A stretch of DNA of 64,000 bases from contig CAWFJP010000014.1 of NCBI GenBank assembly GCA_963816145.1, positions 480,001-544,000 on the forward strand, in the 5' to 3' direction. Below are positions 58,639 through 64,000 of the stretch, in pieces. Below the pieces are notes generated by a model. The model had not been told where the DNA came from. It searched no databases and was given only the letters and a program-made list of their open reading frames with translations. Each line of letters begins with the position of its first letter. The first letter of the stretch is position 1. Source of the stretch: an uncultured delta proteobacterium. GTDB taxonomy: Bacteria > Desulfobacterota > Binatia > UBA9968. A program made the position numbers and the translations under genes.

Positions 58639-59601
58639 ATGAAATTTCTGATCACCGGCGGCATGGGCGTCAATGGCGCTGTAGCGGCCCGCTTGATGGT
58701 GCGCGACGGTTTGCGGCCGCTGTTGATGGACAACCGCGTCGATTACACGTTGATCGAAGACATCAAGAATCAAGTCGATATTGTCACCGGCGATATTTGC
58801 GATCAGGCCGTTTTGGAGAAAGCCGTCGATGATTACAAAGTCACCCATATCGCCCATCTCGCGGCGCTGATGCCGGAACCGGCGGAAGCCAATCCGAGGC
58901 TGGCGGTTCGGGTCAGCTTCGACGGTCTGATCAATATTCTCGAAGTCGCTCGTGCGAAGGGCATCAAAAGAGTCGTTTACACCAGCTCGAAGGCCGCCTA
59001 CGGCGAGATCAACGGTGAAGAGGGGCCGCCCAATTACAAACCGGTGCGCGAAGACTATCGCAAGCTGCCCGCCGATCTGTACGGCTCGATGAAGGTCGGC
59101 TGCGAAGAGCTCGGGCGCTATTATCGCGAGACCTACGGCGTCGAGTTCATTGCCCTACGCTTCGTGTCGATTTATGGACCGGGCAAGGAGGCGCGCCATG
59201 GGCCGCTGTCGTTCTATGGCCAGTTGATCGAGAAAGCGCGCGAGGGCGCCAAGTGGGTGATTCCCCAGGGCGGCGATCAATTGAACGACGCGGTTTATGT
59301 CGGCGACGTGGGCCGCTCGGTTTATCTAGCGCTCAAAGCGCCGACGCCGAAGGAGTGGACCTTTAACATCGGCACCGGCAAAGCGTCCACGCCGCGCGAC
59401 TTTCTCAACGCCGCGGCCAAGCTGTTTCCCAATCACAAAATCGAGTTGGGCCCCGGACCGAGCAAGCTCGGCAGGAGCAAGCAGAGCTACTGCATCTTCG
59501 ATATCTCGGCGGCCAAACGCAACATCGGCTACGAGCCGGCGTACACGGTCGAACAAGGTGTGAAGGATTACGTCGAAACCCTGGATCGATTGGGCAGGTA
59601 G
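58639..59601 (+). CDS. NAD-dependent epimerase/dehydratase (extended SDR)
   Basis: LITGGMGVNG, HLAA, TSSKAAYG, YGSMK, IYGPG. Confidence 0.9.
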   Translation: MKFLITGGMGVNGAVAARLMVRDGLRPLLMDNRVDYTLIEDIKNQVDIVTGDICDQAVLEKAVDDYKVTHIAHLAALMPEPAEANPRLAVRVSFDGLINILEVARAKGIKRVVYTSSKAAYGEINGEEGPPNYKPVREDYRKLPADLYGSMKVGCEELGRYYRETYGVEFIALRFVSIYGPGKEARHGPLSFYGQLIEKAREGAKWVIPQGGDQLNDAVYVGDVGRSVYLALKAPTPKEWTFNIGTGKASTPRDFLNAAAKLFPNHKIELGPGPSKLGRSKQSYCIFDISAAKRNIGYEPAYTVEQGVKDYVETLDRLGR

Positions 59602-59613
59602 GATCAAGACGAC

Positions 59614-59693
59614 TCACCACGAAGGCACGAAGAGCACGAAGTTTGGAATAATATTTCTCCGAAACCTTCGTGTGCTTCGTGTCTTCGTGGTGA
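59614..59693. repeat. Nonamer-array hairpin (CACGAAG family)
   Basis: tcaccacgaaggcacgaagagcacgaag ... cttcgtgtgcttcgtgtcttcgtggtga. Confidence 0.85.
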
Positions 59694-59746
59694 AAAATGG
59701 AATTCAGTAAATTTACCGTATTCGCAATTCTAACAACGGAGGGAAC

Positions 59747-61543
59747 ATGGCAGAGACGTCCAAAGGCGCCGACAGTTGGTCGGCCGGTATCGGCAGCAAA
59801 AGCAAAGCGCAATATGGCTCGGACTTGATGGTTGAAGTGTTACGCGAGTTGGGGATCAAGTACATCGCCCTCAACCCGGGCGCGAGTTATCGCGGCCTGC
59901 ATGATTCGCTGGTCAACTTCGAGGCCGGCAAAGAAATTCAAATGATCATGTGCACCCATGAGGAGATCGCCGTGGCGATCGCCAACGGCTACGCGCGCGC
60001 CACCGGCGAGATCATGGCCACGGGTCTGCACAACGTGGTCGGCTTGCAGCATGCGAGCATGGCGATCTTCAACGCCTGGTGCGATCGCACGCCGATTCTA
60101 AACCTCGGCGGCGGCGGGCCGCAGGATACGACGCAACGGCGCTCCACCGACTGGGTTCATACGGCATTGGTGCAAGGCTTGGCGGTGCGTGATTACGTTA
60201 AGTATGACGACCAGCCGACCACGGTGGATGCGGTGGCGGAGTCGTTCTTGAAAGCCTACCGCTATGCCATGACCGAACCCAAAGGGCCGGTCTACATCTG
60301 CCTCGATACCGATGTGCAGGAAGCGCAGATCGCTAAGCCGATGACCGTCCCGCATGCGCAGCTATTTCGTCCGCCGGCGGGACCGGCGGCCAATCCTGAA
60401 CAACTCCGCACCGCCGCTCGGCTCCTCGCCGAAGCGCAGTGGCCGGCCATCGTCGCCGGCGAGTGCGGCAAGAATCCTAAGGCGCTGCCGGCATTACTCG
60501 ACTTGGCCGAAGCGCTGGGCGCGCCGGTGGTGGACAGCGACGGACGCTATGCGTTCCCGAGCACCCATCCGTTGAACTTGACCAACGCGCGCGAAGAGGC
60601 GCTGAAAAATGCCGACGTGGTGCTCGCTTTGGATGTGCCCAGTCTCGGCGTGCCGCTCGGGCCATCGGTGCGCGAGCGCGGCAACTTCGCGCCGATCATC
60701 TCGCCGTCCTGCCAGGTGATTCATATGACCCTGCTCGATCTCGAAAAGCAGAGTTGGGTGAGCGACAACATGTGGCTCCTGCCGGTGCATGTGCCGATCG
60801 CCGCGGATACGGCGGTGGGAGTGCCGGCGCTGCTCGAGCAGGTGCGCGAGCGCTTGGCGGGCAACGCCGAAGCCGCGCAGCGAGTGCCGGGGAGACGGGC
60901 CAGAGTGGAAGCGATCTATCGCGACACGCGCAAGAAGAGCGAAGAATGGATCAAGCGAACCTGGGATGAAAGACCGATCTCGCAGGCGCGCTTCTTCAGT
61001 GAGATCAACCAACGGGTGCAAGGCAAATCCTGGGCGCTGGTGTCGTCGCATGGGCGGCGCTGGCGTGAAGCCATCGAGGTCACCGAGCCGGCCCATGGCA
61101 TGGGCGGCGGACGCGGCGGCGGTGTCGGCTACGGTTTGCCTTCGTCCATCGGTTCGGCGCTGGGCTTCAAAGGCAGCGGCCGGTTGTGCGTTAGCATTCT
61201 CGGAGATGGCGACTTTTTGATGACGTCGAACGCCCTGTGGACGGCGGCGAAATATCAGATTCCGCTCTTGGCGATCGTGCTCAACAATCACTCGTACTAC
61301 AACGACGAGGAGCATCAGGAGCGCATGGCGCGCTGGCGCGATCGGCCGGTGGCCAACAAAGGCATTGGCATCCGCATCGAAGATCCGGTGCCCGATCTGT
61401 GCACCATCGCGCGCGCCTTTGGCGTCGATGCCTTCGGCCCGATCACCGAACCCGGCGATCTCGGTCCGGCGCTCGACAAGGCGATCCCGATCGTCGAAAG
61501 CGGCAAGCCGGTGGTCGTCGACGTGTTCACGCAGCCGCGGTAG
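59747..61543 (+). CDS. Thiamine diphosphate-dependent enzyme (ALS/benzoylformate decarboxylase-like)
   Basis: NPGASYRGLHDS, HEEIAV, PKGPVY, GDGDFLM...NNHSY. Confidence 0.9.
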   Translation: MAETSKGADSWSAGIGSKSKAQYGSDLMVEVLRELGIKYIALNPGASYRGLHDSLVNFEAGKEIQMIMCTHEEIAVAIANGYARATGEIMATGLHNVVGLQHASMAIFNAWCDRTPILNLGGGGPQDTTQRRSTDWVHTALVQGLAVRDYVKYDDQPTTVDAVAESFLKAYRYAMTEPKGPVYICLDTDVQEAQIAKPMTVPHAQLFRPPAGPAANPEQLRTAARLLAEAQWPAIVAGECGKNPKALPALLDLAEALGAPVVDSDGRYAFPSTHPLNLTNAREEALKNADVVLALDVPSLGVPLGPSVRERGNFAPIISPSCQVIHMTLLDLEKQSWVSDNMWLLPVHVPIAADTAVGVPALLEQVRERLAGNAEAAQRVPGRRARVEAIYRDTRKKSEEWIKRTWDERPISQARFFSEINQRVQGKSWALVSSHGRRWREAIEVTEPAHGMGGGRGGGVGYGLPSSIGSALGFKGSGRLCVSILGDGDFLMTSNALWTAAKYQIPLLAIVLNNHSYYNDEEHQERMARWRDRPVANKGIGIRIEDPVPDLCTIARAFGVDAFGPITEPGDLGPALDKAIPIVESGKPVVVDVFTQPR

Positions 61544-61599
61544 CCGTGAGAAGGTTTGGAAAGTTCATCGCAGAGGCGCGGAGGAGGCGGGGAGAATTC

Positions 61600-61817
61600 A
61601 TTCAACACCCCTTGGCTCGGTGCTGAGGGGAGGGGGGCGTCGACTCGAAGCCAACTTTCCGGTTCGTCATCCCGGCGCACGCCGGAATCCATCCGGATAT
61701 TCGCGAAAAGAAGCGAACCAAGATGGATACCGGCTTACGCCGGTATGACGAATCTCCTCTGCACCTCAATGGCGGCTTGAGTCGTAGCGAAGGGGCCATG
61801 GTTTTTAACTTCCCCGA
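61600..61817 (-). mobile_element. Composite palindromic element, copy 6 (diverged)
   Basis: gtcgactcgaag + GTCATCCCGGCGCACGCCGGAATCCA...TGGATACCGGCTTACGCCGGTATGAC + tccccga. Confidence 0.65.
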
Positions 61818-61846
61818 AATAAATATTAGACCAAGAGGTTATATCG

Positions 61847-62428
61847 ATGCGTCACAGCTTGGCTTTACTACTTTGCGCGATATTGTTTTCGTTTGTCGCG
61901 TGCGCGGAAAAAAAGCCCGTTGCACAGACAGCGGTGGAGCGGGGTAAATATTTGGTGACCATCGCCGTTTGTAATGATTGTCATACGCCGAAGGTCGAAG
62001 TACCGGGCGGCAATCCGGTGTTAGATGATAAACGCTTGTTGTCCGGTCATCCGGAGAAAGCGCCTTATCCAACTTGGAAGCCCGATGACATTAAGCAGCG
62101 CAACGCCATGGCGATGACCAATACCATGCTCACCGCCTGGGCCGGACCTTGGGGCGTAAGCTTTGCGGCCAATCTAACCCCGGATAAAGAGACCGGCATC
62201 GCCGAGTGGAGCGAGGAGCATTTTATTCAAGCTTTGCGCACGGGAAAACATCAGGGTCAGCCCAATGGCCGGGATATCCTGCCGCCGATGCCTTGGCAGA
62301 TTTTCAAATCCATGACCGACGAGGATTTGAAAGCGATCTTCGCCTACCTGCGCAGCCTGCCGCCGGTGAAAAATCAGGTACCCTTGCCCGTGCTGCCGCC
62401 TGCGGCAGCACCCGAAACAAAGCCGTAA
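61847..62428 (+). CDS. c-type cytochrome lipoprotein
   Basis: Lipobox FVAC, RGKYLV...CNDCHTP, NLTPDKETG, PMPW, AIFAYLRSLPP. Confidence 0.88.
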   Translation: MRHSLALLLCAILFSFVACAEKKPVAQTAVERGKYLVTIAVCNDCHTPKVEVPGGNPVLDDKRLLSGHPEKAPYPTWKPDDIKQRNAMAMTNTMLTAWAGPWGVSFAANLTPDKETGIAEWSEEHFIQALRTGKHQGQPNGRDILPPMPWQIFKSMTDEDLKAIFAYLRSLPPVKNQVPLPVLPPAAAPETKP

Positions 62429-62468
62429 CCGTCGTCGCGGAAGGTTTAAAATCAGCGAGGAGTAAGAC

Positions 62469-62655
62469 ATGGATAAACTGATCGAAGCGAATCTTGACAG
62501 CGGTGCTCCGGCGTGAAGGCTTGGAGCCGCAGGCGGGCGATCTAGAGCAGTTCAGCGAGATCATTGAGCTCTATGTGGAAAATCTCCGGCAGCTGCACTC
62601 GGTGAATCTAGGATCCGAAGAGTTGGGACCGGTTTTTCGACCTGAATGGAAGTGA
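62469..62655 (+). pseudogene. Small GatC/AtzG-like amidase partner with a 1-bp frameshift
   Basis: RBS GAGGAG then MDKL; the shifted frame continues ILTAVLRREG...LRQLHSVNLGSEELGPVFRPEWK*; span 187 nt = 3n+1. Confidence 0.55.
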
Positions 62656-62666
62656 TGCGATAAGAA

Positions 62667-62746
62667 GAGATCCCTCGCTTTGCTCGGGATGACAGCAAGA
62701 CGGATTAATTGACGCTTCTGTCATTTCGAGCGCAGCGAGAAATCTC
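62667..62746. repeat. REP-like inverted pair (TGTCATTTCGAGCG..GCGAGAAATCT family)
   Basis: gagatccctcgctttgctcgggatgaca ... tgtcatttcgagcgcagcgagaaatctc. Confidence 0.8.
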
Positions 62747-62787
62747 GTCTTCGCTTGCCAGTGAGCTACAGAGAAGGGAGACTCATA

Positions 62788-64000
62788 ATGGCCGTCGCTG
62801 AAAAGCCGCTTTACTATTTAACGATTCATGAAGCGCAGCAACTGATTCGCGAGCGCAAACTATCGCCGGTGGAGCTGACCCAGGCGGTGCTCGATCGTAT
62901 CACCGCGGTGGACGGCAAGCTGCATGCTTACATCAACCTGATGGCCGATGGCGCCATGACTGCGGCGCGCGCGGCGGAAGCGGAAATCGCCAAGGGCAAT
63001 TGGCGCGGGCCGATGCATGGGATTCCCTTCGCGGTAAAAGACCAACTCGATGTCGAGGGCGCGCAAGCGCGGGTGCGTCAGTTCACGCAGGGCGTGGGCG
63101 ACGCCACCCCGGTGCGCAAACTGCGCGAAGCCGGCGCCGTCTGATGGGCAAATTGCACATGAGCAGCATGCCGGGCGCGGAGCTAGCGCTGCCGCGCAAT
63201 CCGTGGAACACCGACCATATCACCGGCGGCTCGAGCACCGGTTCCGGCGCCGCAGTGGCCGGCGGTTTGTGCTTGGGCTCCCTTGGCGAAGACACCGCTG
63301 GATCGATTCGTAATCCTTCGGCGTTTTGCGGCATCGCCGGGCTCAAAGCCACCTATGGGCGGGTGAGCCGCCATGGCTTGGCGCCGCTCAGCTGGTCCCT
63401 CGATCACTGCGGGCCGATGGCGCGAGCGGTTGAAGATCTGGCGCACATGCTCAACGCCTTGGCCGGCTACGATCCCAAAGATCCGACTTCGAGCGCCCAA
63501 CCGGTGGTCGATTACACCAGCGCTTTGCGCGGAGATGTGAAAGGCATGGTGATCGGTGTGCCGCGCGACTATATTGACGAGTGCGCGCCGCGCACCGATC
63601 CCATCGTCTTGAACCGCGTCGATGAGGCGATCGACCAGCTCAAAGCGCTCGGCGCGCGTATCGAAGCCGTCAAAGTACCGACGTTGCATCTCGCCACCAT
63701 CGCCAATGCGGTGATTTACTACAACGAATTCTGGGCGGCGCACCGTAGCGTGGCAGCGGAGGTTTTGAAGACCGGCGCGGCGCAACGGCGCGCGCGGATC
63801 TATCTCGGCCTGTTGACCAATTCCTCCGACTACATTCAGGCGCAGCGGATCCGCAGCCGCTGCCGTGCCGAGTTCGCGGAGGTCTTTCAAAAAGTCGATT
63901 GCTTGGCGCTGCCGAACCAAAACGGACCGGCGCCGCGGGTCGAGGACGTCGGACCCATCGACACGCTGTTCAAGCATGTGGTGCCGGAGTTTCACGGCCC
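62788..64000 (+). pseudogene. Amidase-signature protein (GatA/AtzE-like), frameshifted near 63141, 3'-truncated by window edge
   Basis: GPMHGIPFAVKD...LREAGAV, then shifted frame LMGKLHM...RNPW...GGSSTGSG...EDTAGSIRNP; gtc-ctg lacks one C. Confidence 0.85.

Noticed and set aside
6021-59693. CRISPR array from the recurrent short repeats
   Set aside because: Repeats are dispersed inverted hairpins without regular unique spacers, and there are no cas genes.
63142-63144. Selenocysteine or stop-codon readthrough at the amidase TGA
   Set aside because: Homology continues in a different frame, so this is an indel rather than an in-frame stop.
1-64000. tRNA, rRNA, riboswitches
   Set aside because: No cloverleaf, rRNA-like or recognisable riboswitch motif seen by eye; an Rfam/Infernal scan would be needed to exclude them.

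Overview
GC-rich bacterial chromosome segment. The paralogue-rich gene content resembles Candidatus Binatia / deltaproteobacteria-like soil genomes (inference only). Most of it is catabolic and transport genes: six amidohydrolase_2 paralogues, three gentisate-dioxygenase-like bicupins, a UbiD decarboxylase, an orphan xanthine-dehydrogenase Mo subunit, a NahE-like aldolase, a NicX-like protein, a ThDP enzyme and several solute-binding proteins. It also holds a CbbQ/NorQ AAA+ plus VWA chaperone pair with no Rubisco or NO reductase client, an ECF sigma/anti-sigma pair, and a GAF sigma-54 activator divergent from a PqqC/CADD-like gene with a consensus -24/-12 promoter. The most striking structure is a toxin-antitoxin/defence hotspot at about 52.1-56.8 kb between two convergent genes. 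Each gene has a displaced duplicate of its own 3' end inside the island, and the cargo includes a split CapRel/PhRel-like toxSAS pair, phd-relE and mazEF. Many intergenic gaps are filled by about five families of palindromic repeats that nest inside each other. One repeat sits in frame inside a protein, and a RAYT transposase carries REPs inside its own ORF. I found no rRNA, tRNA or CRISPR array. All calls are motif-based by eye, with no database searches.
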